64,000 nucleotides of DNA from Lewinellaceae bacterium (GCA_020636025.1 JACJYQ010000001.1:417163-481162); one strand, 5' to 3'; numbered from the stretch's first letter, positions 37,098-47,596 are shown. Numbers and translations are program-made. Notes: generated by a model not told the origin, from the letters alone.

Positions 37098-40000
37098 ATG
37101 AAATCGCTCTTAATCATTCCATTTGCCGTACTTCATCTGATCCTCTCTATTCAACAAACGGGGTCTTGTTATTCAGGTCATGTAGCTGAATTCGAACAGA
37201 GTTTATCAGATACACTGAATCTTGATCTTGGACCTGATCCAAAAGTTTGCATTGGAGCTGTCTTCACACTCAATGAAAATCCAATACCGGGAGATTATAT
37301 ATGGCTCGGTCAGGGACTTAGTTGCAATGATTGTCCATCACCGGAATTCACGGCCAGCAGTCAGGGGATATTTATCATTACCTGCATCCTCAATACACCA
37401 TGCTGTAGCGATACAGATGTAATTCGAATTAACGTAGCTCCCGGATTTCAACCCATTGTGAACATACTGCAAGACACTGTAATTTGTCAAGGTGAAATAC
37501 TGTCTCTGGGTGGCGCGCCATCGCCGGGCCATACTTACTCCTGGTCATCCGACCCAGCAGGGTTTTCGTCAATCCTTTCGGCTCCTCCGATACAAGCGCC
37601 TCAAGTATCAACTATTTACTATGTAGACGTAACCAGCCCCGCCTGCATTTATCCGGCTCGGGATTCGGTTGTGGTAAGGGTGTATGAACCACCAGTTCTG
37701 GCCCTCAACTCAAGTGCTCAAATTTGTTTGGGTGATAGTGTCTCGCTGGGCAATACCATGGTAGATCCGGATGTAAGCTATTCCTGGTCGCCGAATAATG
37801 GTACTTTGAATGATGTAACCGTGGCAAACCCTGTAGCTCTTCCCCAAAGCACAGGTATTCATGTGTATACCATTACTGCCAGCAATCCCGGTTGTACAAC
37901 AATTGATTTTGCTTCGGTGCTGGTTTCTGACTTGCAACTCACTTTAAATGTCCCGGATACCATCACGATTTGCAAGGGTGACAGCCGTGAAATCAAAGTC
38001 ACTGTTCTGCCAAATGGCACCTTGGTCAGTTGGTCTCCCTTGCAAAATCTTCAACTTTCTCCAGACGGACTTACCGGAGCGGTGTCTCCATCAAGCATTA
38101 CGACATATACGATCAGCTCTTCTATTGCCGGGTGTTCACGAAGTCAAACAGTTACAGTTTTGGTGGATTCACTTCCTGATTATCTTGCCGTGGTTCCAAT
38201 AGATACCAATATATGTTTAGGCACACAGGTTTTACTTGATAAGCCGGTCTCACAAGCACCGTTTGATCCTACGCACTTTCCGGATATTCAATTCGCCTGG
38301 GAACCATCTACCGGGTTACTGGGAACCAACGATATGTACTCAGTCTTGGTTCAACCAATGGATTCGATGGAATATTACCGCATAACCACCAATGGCGTTT
38401 GTAAGGATACAGTATTTGCATCGGTCAATGTGATTGACCCGCCAGACCTCACAGTATCTCCGGATACCAGTTTTCTTTGTTTTGGTGAGTCTGTGCAGCT
38501 ATCAGCCATGGCCATTGGCTTTGATAGCTTGATTTGGACGCCTGGTTTGGGCCTGACTTGTCAATCTTGTGCAAATCCGGTTGCTACGCCGGAGAGCAGC
38601 ACGAACTTTGTATTGAATGCCCATTACCTGGGCTGTGTATTGTCTGATACCGTATTTGTAGAAGTTCAACCTTTGCCTCTATATGAATTCCCGACACCGG
38701 GCATGCTTTGCGGTGGTGGAACCTTGCAATTAAATCTCGAGGCAGATACAACCGGCGCAACTTATAAATGGACTTCTACTCCACCATTTAACATCCCTTC
38801 AATTGATCAGCCATCTGTGTTGCTGGATGTAAACGGTACTCAAACCATCCGCTTTGTAATGGAAGCAGATAATGGATGTGTCATCAGGGATTCCTTCTCT
38901 GTACAGGTTACTGGGGTAGATCTTACTTTGCCAGCCCCAGACACCATTTGCCCAGAAAATACAAAATTGTTAACCGCCCAAGCCTCCATTGGAGGCGGTA
39001 CCTATTCTTGGAGTACAGGAGCAACTACTCAGGCCATTAATGTAAGTCCTTTACAGACAACTACTTACACCGTGAGTTATTTGTATAATGGCTGTACATT
39101 CCAGGATAGTGTTATGATCACTGTACAAGGACAGACACCTGCCATCATGTTCCCGGCAGATGCAGCACTTTGCCCGGGAGACAGCATCATGCTTAATTCG
39201 GTTGAAACTCAGGGAGCCGTATATACCTGGACCTCAAACAATGGATCATTTAGCTCTAATGAGGCCATTCCGGATGCTTTTGCCCCAGCAACTTCTACAA
39301 CCTATACGGTTACTGCCACCGCTCCTGATGGATGCTCCATTACCAAATCATTGCCGGTTACTGTATTCAATGCGAGCCTTTCCGTTTCGGATGACCTGGT
39401 CATTTGTTCTGGTGAGCCGTTTGTCTTAACTGCTACGGGTACAGCGACAGGTACCTATTTATGGATGCCGGGAAGCATCACTACACCTACTCTTCGCGAC
39501 ACCCTGTTTAGTGCGCAAACAGCTGAGTATACAGTTCTGTACACTTATGGCACGGCTGGAAATGAATGTTATCTGGAAGACACCGTTAATGTTACTGTAT
39601 TGCAAGGATTTACGATAAAGATCGTAGCTGATCCCGACAGCGTAGTAAATGCCGGAGAAGAAATAATGCTGGATGCCGTGGTACAGCCATCTCAAAATCA
39701 GAATGGTTTTACTTTTGAGTGGGTTGAATTGGGAGGTGATTTTCAAGGGAACACCCAAATAGTCAATGTAACGGCTGGTTCTGATTCCAGCGTAATTTAT
39801 GCTGTGAGGGTTACCTCACCAAATGGTTGTATGGCCACAGCACAGGTACAATTCAGGGTGATCCAATCTTTGGTTAGAGTGCCAAATGCCTTTACTCCAA
39901 ATGGAGACAGTTTCAATGATGTTTTCAGGCTTGCAGTGGTTGAAGGAAAAGCAACGGTTGAATCCTTTTTTATTTATGATCGCTGGGGGAATAAGGTATT

Positions 40001-40145
40001 TGAGAGTTTTGATCCGGATGCATCCTGGGATGGCACAATAAACGGTAAAGAAGCATCCTCAGATGTATATGTATACCGAATCAGATGGCGAAACAGCGAT
40101 GGCTCTTTGCAGGTTAGTTCCGGAGATGTGACTTTGTTGCGTTGA
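37098..40145 (+). CDS. Large repeat-rich surface protein with T9SS type-B (gliding-motility-associated) C-terminal domain
   Basis: About 11 tandem ~75-85-aa modules, each with a C-x-G-(D/E)-S..L motif (ICQGEILSLG, ICLGDSVSLG, ICKGDSREI, LCFGESVQL, LCPGDSIML, ICSGEPFVL...). The C-terminus is VPNAFTPNGDSFNDVFRL...IYDRWGNKVFES...WDGTINGKEASSDVYVYRIRW. ATG 37098 gives MKSLLIIPFAVLHL. Confidence 0.8.
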   Translation: MKSLLIIPFAVLHLILSIQQTGSCYSGHVAEFEQSLSDTLNLDLGPDPKVCIGAVFTLNENPIPGDYIWLGQGLSCNDCPSPEFTASSQGIFIITCILNTPCCSDTDVIRINVAPGFQPIVNILQDTVICQGEILSLGGAPSPGHTYSWSSDPAGFSSILSAPPIQAPQVSTIYYVDVTSPACIYPARDSVVVRVYEPPVLALNSSAQICLGDSVSLGNTMVDPDVSYSWSPNNGTLNDVTVANPVALPQSTGIHVYTITASNPGCTTIDFASVLVSDLQLTLNVPDTITICKGDSREIKVTVLPNGTLVSWSPLQNLQLSPDGLTGAVSPSSITTYTISSSIAGCSRSQTVTVLVDSLPDYLAVVPIDTNICLGTQVLLDKPVSQAPFDPTHFPDIQFAWEPSTGLLGTNDMYSVLVQPMDSMEYYRITTNGVCKDTVFASVNVIDPPDLTVSPDTSFLCFGESVQLSAMAIGFDSLIWTPGLGLTCQSCANPVATPESSTNFVLNAHYLGCVLSDTVFVEVQPLPLYEFPTPGMLCGGGTLQLNLEADTTGATYKWTSTPPFNIPSIDQPSVLLDVNGTQTIRFVMEADNGCVIRDSFSVQVTGVDLTLPAPDTICPENTKLLTAQASIGGGTYSWSTGATTQAINVSPLQTTTYTVSYLYNGCTFQDSVMITVQGQTPAIMFPADAALCPGDSIMLNSVETQGAVYTWTSNNGSFSSNEAIPDAFAPATSTTYTVTATAPDGCSITKSLPVTVFNASLSVSDDLVICSGEPFVLTATGTATGTYLWMPGSITTPTLRDTLFSAQTAEYTVLYTYGTAGNECYLEDTVNVTVLQGFTIKIVADPDSVVNAGEEIMLDAVVQPSQNQNGFTFEWVELGGDFQGNTQIVNVTAGSDSSVIYAVRVTSPNGCMATAQVQFRVIQSLVRVPNAFTPNGDSFNDVFRLAVVEGKATVESFFIYDRWGNKVFESFDPDASWDGTINGKEASSDVYVYRIRWRNSDGSLQVSSGDVTLLR

Positions 40146-40188
40146 TAGGGTTCTCGGAAATGTACACAGATTTTTGCCCCAGATTCAT

Positions 40189-40204
40189 CGCAGATTTTTC
40201 TGCG
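40189..40204 (+). terminator. Weak hairpin CGCAGA-tttt-TCTGCG after the type-B T9SS gene
   Basis: 6-bp stem with 4-nt loop followed by TTATATAT. It lies inside three direct CAGATT repeats (40166-40199). Confidence 0.3.
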
Positions 40205-40271
40205 TTATATATGTGAAAAAGGAGGCTGATAACTCAATTATAAAGGTAGTTGGAATCTAAATTGACATACC

Positions 40272-40697
40272 ATGAAAAAAAATATTTCCGCAATCTACTT
40301 TTTACTACTGACTGGGTTGTTGTCAGCGCAAACTGCCTCTGAAACTGTTATTCGTGAAATAATGGCAACACAGGAAGCTGCCTGGAACAAGGGCGATTTG
40401 GAGGCTTTTATGGAAGGTTATTGGAAGTCTGACAGCCTGAAATTTATTGGCTCTAAAGGCCTTAATTACGGTTGGCAGAAAACATTGGAAAACTACAAAC
40501 GCTCGTATCCCGATCCGGCAGCTATGGGAAGGCTGACATTCAGTGACGTTACTGTTGAATTGATATCTGAAGATGCAGCTTTTGTAATCGGGAAATGGCA
40601 CCTGAAAAGAAAAGCTGGTGATCTAAGCGGATATTATACCTTGCTTTGGAAGAAGATCAAGGGTGAATGGGTCATCGTGGCGGATCATTCCAGCTGA
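40272..40697 (+). CDS. SnoaL/NTF2-like (DUF4440-type) secreted protein
   Basis: Signal peptide MKKNISAIYFLLLTGLLSAQ. Pattern ...QEAAWNKGDLEAFMEGYW...GKWHL...W..KIKGEWVIVADHSS is typical of the DUF4440 fold. Confidence 0.7.
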   Translation: MKKNISAIYFLLLTGLLSAQTASETVIREIMATQEAAWNKGDLEAFMEGYWKSDSLKFIGSKGLNYGWQKTLENYKRSYPDPAAMGRLTFSDVTVELISEDAAFVIGKWHLKRKAGDLSGYYTLLWKKIKGEWVIVADHSS

Positions 40698-42064
40698 GCA
40701 AGCTTTTCAAGTATTTGTTGCATTTCTAGCTTCCAGGCCTTGCCTGAGCCGGTAAAATTATTGTGCATAAAACTGAAAATCAATACTTTACCACTCTTGC
40801 AAACCAGGTAACCGCTGAGGTTTTGCACCCCGCTCATACTGCCCGATTTTGCATACACATAAGGTTGGCCATTTGCACCTTTATACCAATCCTGAATGGT
40901 GCCGTCCTGACCACCGGCAGGAAAAACATCGAATAGTCTTTCCTTGGTCTGGCTCTTCCAAAGATATTGCAGTACATAGGCAAGGTCCTGCGGACTAAGC
41001 AGGTTGTATCTTGAAAGACCACTTCCATCTACCCATCGGGGTTTCTGAGGAAATTCTGTCAATAGGCTGTCTGAAACCCAATGAATGATGCTGTCCTGGC
41101 CAAGAATGTCAAATTTCACTCCGCCGCAAAGCAGCAGCAATTGTTCCGCAACAAAATTATCGCTCTGATACATCATCAGCCTTAATACAGTATCCAGAGG
41201 GCAGGAGTTAATGGTTTGCCAGTTCAGACTATTAAGCAAGTCATTCTCTTGTTGTTTCTCTTCTTCGGTCCAACTGACAAACGGAAAAAACTTGTCACCC
41301 AGCGTGTCTCTCAGGGATGGTATGAGGTTTTCAGGCCTATGTATTGGGAAATCATGGCTATACCCGTTTGAAATGGTATCCGGATAGGGTATATAGTATA
41401 CATTGTCGGACTCATCCCGCTGCGGGCTCAGTCCAGTCTTGGCATTATCAAACCCTTCTCTGATTCCGCTAATAACGTCATCCAGGATATCAGGTTCCAG
41501 GGCCCAGCCATTGCCACTCTTTTTAAGCCTGACCTTGTTCCCAAAAATGGGCATAGAGGAGCGTTCCACAGAATATGGTTCAGCATAATCATCCCAGGCC
41601 CATCCCGGTCCAAATCGATCCTCCTGAAGTGTATTGAGGAGTATATAATTCCATCCTTCAAGACTCTTTAGGTGTTTTTGAACAGGCTGCCAGGCTTTGA
41701 ATAGAGGATGCAAAAAAGTAGGGTCACCGGTTGGTGCGTAATATCCTGTAGTATCACCTTGTTCTATCCGGCTGGCTATTTTGATTCCGGGAACCGAATC
41801 TTGGAGTACCGATAAACAAGTTGCCAGGGTTAAAATTTTGGTATTGGAAGCCGGGATAAACAACTTGTCTCCATTATAGTTAACAAGTGTTTTTCCGCTC
41901 TCCGGATCCATGACCAGCATGCCGCTGAAAGACTTGGCAAATACAGTTGAGCGCTCCACTTCCTTTTGAATACTTCTGTATTTTCGATCCCCTGAACCCG
42001 GTTTAAACACAGCACAGGAACTGATAGAAATCGACAGGAGAATTATTGGAATTATGGAACGCAT
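40685..42064 (-). CDS. D-alanyl-D-alanine carboxypeptidase/endopeptidase (PBP4, peptidase S13 family)
   Basis: SxxK (PASNTKILT) and KTG-like (AKSGSMSG) motifs, 459 aa, with signal/lipobox ...SISISSC. Confidence 0.8.
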   Translation of the reverse strand: MRSIIPIILLSISISSCAVFKPGSGDRKYRSIQKEVERSTVFAKSFSGMLVMDPESGKTLVNYNGDKLFIPASNTKILTLATCLSVLQDSVPGIKIASRIEQGDTTGYYAPTGDPTFLHPLFKAWQPVQKHLKSLEGWNYILLNTLQEDRFGPGWAWDDYAEPYSVERSSMPIFGNKVRLKKSGNGWALEPDILDDVISGIREGFDNAKTGLSPQRDESDNVYYIPYPDTISNGYSHDFPIHRPENLIPSLRDTLGDKFFPFVSWTEEEKQQENDLLNSLNWQTINSCPLDTVLRLMMYQSDNFVAEQLLLLCGGVKFDILGQDSIIHWVSDSLLTEFPQKPRWVDGSGLSRYNLLSPQDLAYVLQYLWKSQTKERLFDVFPAGGQDGTIQDWYKGANGQPYVYAKSGSMSGVQNLSGYLVCKSGKVLIFSFMHNNFTGSGKAWKLEMQQILEKLAQLE

Positions 42065-42083
42065 ACCAGATATATTCTATCAA

Positions 42084-43679
42084 CTATTTATCAACTGAGA
42101 AGAACTCGAAAGATGCTTTTTTGGGCAGGGTAGATGCCCCTTCTTCTCCTTCAGCAACCACGTAATAGTGAACCACTTCGCTGAGTTTAAGTTCAGCTGC
42201 GTAAGTGCCATCACCTGCTCCTGTATCTCCGTTTGCTCCATCGTCGTGAAGGGGTACTCTGCTAAATGCAAACATTTTATCTTTTCTGTAGTACAGCCAT
42301 GCGCCTTTCGAAGCATCAGTGATTTTCGCTGTCACTTTTAGCTTTTCACCATCCTTTGCATGCTTAACCGTTTCAATAGTGGGTTGCGGTTTGTTCAGAA
42401 GTGGATGTTTATCCAGCCATGTCGTTCTTTGTGTCATCAGGGTTTTTACGCCAATCAGGTGATCGGGGCCATAAGTCAGGGTTTTTTCCATGCCATTGTT
42501 GAAGTCCTCTAATGGATAGAGCCTCAATTCATCTTTTTTTACCCAGGGTTCAACTTCTTTTCGCCACACATCGGCACGTTGCATCAAAAGTCCGCTCAGA
42601 AGCCATTCATCCAGTATGGTCCGGTAATGAGCCAGATAGATTTTTCGATACATAGAAACCCGTAACAGCTTGGATATCAAAGGCCTTCTTGAGTTGGTGA
42701 TCTCTGCCAATGGCTGGTATTCTATGAGCTCATTGTCTTTCATTTCCTCAAAACTGAAATTGCGGCGCCAGCCTCCAAACGACATGTTCAGATCCCAGAT
42801 AAGTGGATGTGCTACTCCCAGGGTGTCAAACCAGAGGTAATAGTTGTGCGAAAGAGAACCATTGTAACTATCCAGATTTACCAGAATATTGTTTAAAGCA
42901 AGCATCCAAAGTGTCTGATCAACATCGAGTACTGTTTCAATCTTCTCTGGTGTCTTGTTTAAAATCTTTATCAGATTCAGGAGTGGTTTCCAGGCTCTCG
43001 CATCATCTACCTCATAAAATGCATCGTAACAACCAATGTTGTCATTGAGATACGTCAGGGATGCGTTTTCTCCCTTGGGGCAACCAGATTGGCTTTTAAC
43101 CCGTTTCCAGTTGTCGGGGTCACATTTTACTATGTCACCTGTTTCTGTGCCGAAATGTTTTTTAATAAATCTTTCGTCAATGGATTCAGAACTGATGTAA
43201 ACACCAAAAAAATCGTTGTTTACATACAATCTGCTGAAGTTACAAAGCGGAGCAGGCATGTAGGTCCTGATCACTTCATAAGCGAGCGGTTCCCTGATAA
43301 AAGTAGGATCCAGAAAAGCATTTGACAGTTTTACCGTGCCATGGCCGCTCTTCATAGTTTGACTCTTTTTCTTAAAGTCAAGCTTGACATTAAATGGCAG
43401 CTTTCTAGACGTTTCTTTTCTTGTTCTGAAAAAGGAACTGTTTCCTTTATATCGAACTCCAACGCTGTCAAACCGTTCGCCATTTACCGTAGCAAAGCCG
43501 AGTAGACGAGCTTCCGGGTTATTAGATTTCAGGGAATCCAGTTTAAACTCCCAGCTTTTGTATGGCAATTCAATTCTTACTTCCTGCACTCCCGATCCAT
43601 AAAAATCCTGAGCATGAAGGGAATACGTGGTTAAAAGGATCAGGCAGATTGCAAAAAGTGGGGGATGGAATTTAAACAT
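42084..43679 (-). CDS. Secreted CotH-family (atypical kinase fold) protein, copy 1
   Basis: Signal peptide ...LLTTYSLHAQ. CotH blocks LDPTFIREPLAYEV and NYYLWFDTLGVAHPLIWDLNMSFGGW. Confidence 0.8.
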   Translation of the reverse strand: MFKFHPPLFAICLILLTTYSLHAQDFYGSGVQEVRIELPYKSWEFKLDSLKSNNPEARLLGFATVNGERFDSVGVRYKGNSSFFRTRKETSRKLPFNVKLDFKKKSQTMKSGHGTVKLSNAFLDPTFIREPLAYEVIRTYMPAPLCNFSRLYVNNDFFGVYISSESIDERFIKKHFGTETGDIVKCDPDNWKRVKSQSGCPKGENASLTYLNDNIGCYDAFYEVDDARAWKPLLNLIKILNKTPEKIETVLDVDQTLWMLALNNILVNLDSYNGSLSHNYYLWFDTLGVAHPLIWDLNMSFGGWRRNFSFEEMKDNELIEYQPLAEITNSRRPLISKLLRVSMYRKIYLAHYRTILDEWLLSGLLMQRADVWRKEVEPWVKKDELRLYPLEDFNNGMEKTLTYGPDHLIGVKTLMTQRTTWLDKHPLLNKPQPTIETVKHAKDGEKLKVTAKITDASKGAWLYYRKDKMFAFSRVPLHDDGANGDTGAGDGTYAAELKLSEVVHYYVVAEGEEGASTLPKKASFEFFSVDK

Positions 43680-43724
43680 AACAATTTTATATGGTCCGGA
43701 AATACGCTAAGTGACTGAAAATGA

Positions 43725-45350
43725 TCACTTATTTAAATCTTCGATTTTAATTTTAAAGGCTTGTTTGCTGTAGTTTGACGGGGAGTAACCAACTGTTCCT
43801 GCATTTTCTGCCAGGATGTAATATTCCATTTCAGCGTTCATGCTGGGTGCTTCAACTTGTGTGACAAATGCTTTCATGCCAGATGCCAGGCTTTCCGTGT
43901 TATTTTCACTCATAGGCATCCAGGTATAGGGATCAGTTTCATGAAAACGATAACAGAGCCACATTCTTTTTGGAAAACGGTCTGCTTTAGCAGAAATATT
44001 GAACGCGCTAATAGGTTGGTTTTCAAATTTTCCTCTTCCCTGAACGGTCACTTCTGAAATCATTGGCGGCAAGGAAGTTAGTTCCGGATGGTTTTTCAGG
44101 AATTTTGAACGTTTGCCCATCAACTCTATGATTCCGGGAATCTTACTTTTCTTGCCAATGGTTTCTTTCAGGCTACGTGTAAAATCATCCAGGCTATAAG
44201 TTTTGTTTTTGTCGTCGTTAAATGGGACTACAATCATTCCCTGAAGTTCCTGGGCTCTTCTTTCGTATAAATTGTTTAAGAAGAACTCCGCATTGATCTG
44301 ACGTATGTGAGCCAGATAGATTTTACGGTTAAGCGGATCCTTAAGTAATTGACTTATAAGAGGTTTGTATGGGTTGTCTGCATGAAGTAGTGGATCCAGG
44401 GTTTGCAATTCTTTTAACTCAAGATCGCTTCCGTTGCCTGTATTTTTATAACTTCCAAATGCCAGGTTCAAGTCCCAATGTATCGGCTGGAAAAGTTTGT
44501 TGCTATCGCGGTAGAGGTAATAGTTCAGGCTATGGTTTCCGGAATAACTGTTCAGGTTCACCATAACGTTGTTTAGCGCAAGCATCCACAGGGCATTGTC
44601 AACATCAAGGGCTTTTTCAACCTCTTTGGATCCTTGCGACAACAATCTGGTTAACTCTTGCAATTCGGCCCAGCCGCTGTTTGAGGCCAGGTCAAAATTT
44701 GACCGGTAGCAATCAATGTTGTCTTCGTATTCAAGCGATCCGAAAATGCTTTGCTTGCAATCGCTGGGCAGGTTTTCTTGTTGCTCTTCCGTGCCGGCTT
44801 TAAATAAAATACCATCGCTATATTGGAAATTGTTTTGAAGCATTTGGTTGTCAACACTCTCTACATTGACGAAAACACCAACATACTCGTCATTTATAAA
44901 CAATTTGGTATAGCAAGCTTGTAAGCCTGGCATGTATTGTGAAGCCACTTCGTAAAACATAACTTCACGGATCATACTTGGGTCCCTGACAGAAGCCGAG
45001 AGTTTTATAGTGGTATAACCCTGGTGGTTTTGTGCTGCTACTGAGTCAGCCCGATTCAACTTTATGGCAAAGGGATTTCTTTTTAAACCTGTCGCGTATG
45101 ACTTGTTTCCTCTGAATCTGATGCCGGCACCATCGTAATTCACCCCGTCAATGCTTACTGTAGCATCCATATAGGAGCCACCATAAATTCTCAGGGAGTC
45201 CAGGGCATCAGCCCAGTTTTGATTAGCGACCTTTACTCTGATCTCGCCTACAGTCTTTTTTTCAAACAAAGGGCGAACTGGCGCTGTGCCTGTCTGGGCT
45301 GCAAGTGAAAAACTAATCAGGGAAAGGAAAAGTATTATGAATTTTTTCAT
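43725..45350 (-). CDS. Secreted CotH-family protein, copy 2 (tandem paralogue)
   Basis: ATG 45350 gives MKKFIILFLSLISFSLAAQ. Blocks RDPSMIREVMFYEV and NYYLYRDSNKLFQPIHWDLNLAFGSY. Confidence 0.8.
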   Translation of the reverse strand: MKKFIILFLSLISFSLAAQTGTAPVRPLFEKKTVGEIRVKVANQNWADALDSLRIYGGSYMDATVSIDGVNYDGAGIRFRGNKSYATGLKRNPFAIKLNRADSVAAQNHQGYTTIKLSASVRDPSMIREVMFYEVASQYMPGLQACYTKLFINDEYVGVFVNVESVDNQMLQNNFQYSDGILFKAGTEEQQENLPSDCKQSIFGSLEYEDNIDCYRSNFDLASNSGWAELQELTRLLSQGSKEVEKALDVDNALWMLALNNVMVNLNSYSGNHSLNYYLYRDSNKLFQPIHWDLNLAFGSYKNTGNGSDLELKELQTLDPLLHADNPYKPLISQLLKDPLNRKIYLAHIRQINAEFFLNNLYERRAQELQGMIVVPFNDDKNKTYSLDDFTRSLKETIGKKSKIPGIIELMGKRSKFLKNHPELTSLPPMISEVTVQGRGKFENQPISAFNISAKADRFPKRMWLCYRFHETDPYTWMPMSENNTESLASGMKAFVTQVEAPSMNAEMEYYILAENAGTVGYSPSNYSKQAFKIKIEDLNK

Positions 45351-45427
45351 GGTAATGTCTGGTGCTAAATTGGTAGATGACAATGAATTACAGGGCAATG
45401 TTACAAAGAAATTGAAGCACGAAATTA

Positions 45428-46717
45428 TCAGGAACTACTGATATTCTCAGAAAAAGTATGCAAGAATTGGCCTAGTTGCCAGATATCATCAAAACTGTTG
45501 TACAATGGTACTGGTGCAAAACGTATAACATTGGGTTCCCGCCAGTCGGCTATCACTCCATTATCCGTTAGGTAATGGAACAATTGTCGGCCATTTGAAT
45601 CGGTTAATACCGATATCTGACAGCCTCTGGATTCGGGGTCATCTGGTGAAATTAATTTGAATGGAAGTTTTTCTGTAAATAAATCCCTCAGGATATACTC
45701 AAGAAAACCGGTGAGTAAGAGGCTTTTATTTCTCAATGTTTCCATACCTACGTCTTCAAATATCTTCAAACTGGCCAAATGTGCTGCAAATGAAAATATC
45801 TGAGCATTGCTGATTTGCCAGCCTTCAGCGCCGGTCATGGGAATAAAGCCTTTTTTCATTTTGAAACGCTCATCCTCATGGTGTCCCCACCAGCCAGCAA
45901 ATCTGGGCAAGGCAGGGTTGTTGGCATGTCGTTCATGTACAAACACTCCTGAAGGGCCACCTGGACCCGAATTCAAGTATTTATAACTACACCATACAGC
46001 AAAATCGGGTCCCCATTCGTGTAATTGTAATGGAAGGTTTCCGGCAGTGTGGGCCAGGTCAAAACCAACCAGTGCACCTGCCTGGTGACCCGCCCTTGTG
46101 ATGGCTGGTAGATCAAAAAACTGTCCGGTGTAATAATTAACCCCGCTAAACATCACCAAAGCCAGACTGTCTTTTTCCTTTTCGATCACTTTCAGGATAT
46201 CTTCCGTGCGGAGCGTCTCCTCACCTTCTCTTGGGGCTACCTCTATGATGGCTTGATCAGGATCGAATCCATGGAATTTCACTTGTGTCTCAATGGCATA
46301 CTGGTCACTTGGAAAAGCGCCTGCTTCCATGATGATCTTGTACCTTTTTGAATCTGGACGGTAAAAAGACACCATTAGCAGATGCAAATTCACCGTCAGG
46401 GTATTCATCACGACCACTTCATGGGGAAGTGCACCAACCAATTTGGCAGTAGGTTCAGTCAGAAATTTGTGATAATACATCCAGGGTTTGTTTCCCTTGA
46501 AGTGCCCTTCAACGCCAAATTCTGCCCACTGATCAAGTTCATCGAGCAGGGCTTGTTTCGCTGCGACCGGCTGAAGACCTAGTGAATTGCCGCAAAAATA
46601 GCGGACGGGTTTGCCAGCGTGTTGGGGGAAAATAAACTGATCCCGGTAAGATTTAATCGGATCCTGTGAATCGAGTTTTTGAGCAAATACCTGTGAGTTT
46701 TCGTAAATAACGGACAA
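45428..46717 (-). CDS. kynU: Kynureninase
   Basis: 429 aa. N-terminus ...LDSQDPIKSYRDQFIFPQ....VRYFCGNSLGLQP and overall kynureninase layout. The start is TTG in the track. Confidence 0.85.
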   Translation of the reverse strand: MSVIYENSQVFAQKLDSQDPIKSYRDQFIFPQHAGKPVRYFCGNSLGLQPVAAKQALLDELDQWAEFGVEGHFKGNKPWMYYHKFLTEPTAKLVGALPHEVVVMNTLTVNLHLLMVSFYRPDSKRYKIIMEAGAFPSDQYAIETQVKFHGFDPDQAIIEVAPREGEETLRTEDILKVIEKEKDSLALVMFSGVNYYTGQFFDLPAITRAGHQAGALVGFDLAHTAGNLPLQLHEWGPDFAVWCSYKYLNSGPGGPSGVFVHERHANNPALPRFAGWWGHHEDERFKMKKGFIPMTGAEGWQISNAQIFSFAAHLASLKIFEDVGMETLRNKSLLLTGFLEYILRDLFTEKLPFKLISPDDPESRGCQISVLTDSNGRQLFHYLTDNGVIADWREPNVIRFAPVPLYNSFDDIWQLGQFLHTFSENISSS

Positions 46718-46753
46718 GCTGGAATATGTTTGGTGAATTGATCTGAAAGATGA

Positions 46754-46791
46754 TTTATTGCGGCCTGAGGCAAGGTTCAGGCCGCAATAAA
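46754..46791 (-). terminator. Strong hairpin (15-bp stem) downstream of the lipoprotein gene
   Basis: TTTATTGCGGCCTGA ggcaaggt TCAGGCCGCAATAAA. There is no U-tract on the minus-strand transcript side, so the terminator role is inferred from position only. Confidence 0.5.
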
Positions 46792-46810
46792 AAGGAAGCT
46801 AATTTGGCAA

Positions 46811-47596
46811 TTATTTCAATTTGACTTTGGTGGCAACAGAAGCTTTTTGCTTTTGCTGGTCTTCATTGAAAGGCTTCAGAGTGATGGTTACCGTGTGGCC
46901 ATTGTCGCCAACTTCTCCCAGTTTGTTGGAAGATTTTTTCACTTTGCGATCTGGGAAATGATAAATCTGTTTGTAACTCATATCTGCCAGAAACATTTTC
47001 ATCATATCTGCCTGACTTTCATCGGCATCATCTTCACCACCACCCATGGCTTCCTTCAATTGGGCACTCATGTCACCGGCGCCCAATCTTTCAAATGATT
47101 TACCGGTAAACTTGAATGTGTCTTCCGATTTTCCGGATTCAAACCTTTCTTTCCCTACAATTTTCAAGGCCCTGTTCAATGCCTGAACATTTGAGAACTC
47201 AAATGAGTAACCGTACTGGAATTCGCTGGTATCATTAATTTCAATGACATTGGATATGCCGTCGACTGAACTCAGGCTTTCGGAGATTCCTTTAAATTGT
47301 TGTCCCAATCCACCCATGGGATCTTCCATTCCTCCGGCATTTTCACCTTTATCTGGGGTGAAGTCTCCTCCATCAGAAATAGAGCTGGAATCAGAAGGCT
47401 CTTCCATGCCAGCACCTTCGCCCATACCTTTCATCATATCGATCATACCTTTCAATTCGCTCATATCGAAAGTGAGTTTGTAGGTGCCGCTGCCATTATT
47501 TCTGAAGGTAGCTTCTTCTATAATATGCAGGCAACTGCTTAGTGCGGTAGCAGCCAGTAAAAGAGTTGCCAGTATGAGATTTTTCAAATTTTTCAT
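46811..47596 (-). CDS. Lipoprotein, unknown function, with acidic Gly/Met-rich linker
   Basis: MKNLKNLILATLLLAATALSSC lipobox. 261 aa. Confidence 0.65.
   Translation of the reverse strand: MKNLKNLILATLLLAATALSSCLHIIEEATFRNNGSGTYKLTFDMSELKGMIDMMKGMGEGAGMEEPSDSSSISDGGDFTPDKGENAGGMEDPMGGLGQQFKGISESLSSVDGISNVIEINDTSEFQYGYSFEFSNVQALNRALKIVGKERFESGKSEDTFKFTGKSFERLGAGDMSAQLKEAMGGGEDDADESQADMMKMFLADMSYKQIYHFPDRKVKKSSNKLGEVGDNGHTVTITLKPFNEDQQKQKASVATKVKLK

Noticed and set aside
42084-45350. CotH genes as evidence of sporulation
   Set aside because: Both proteins have secretion signals, there is no other sporulation gene, and the genomic context is Gram-negative Bacteroidota-like. CotH-fold proteins occur widely outside spore formers.
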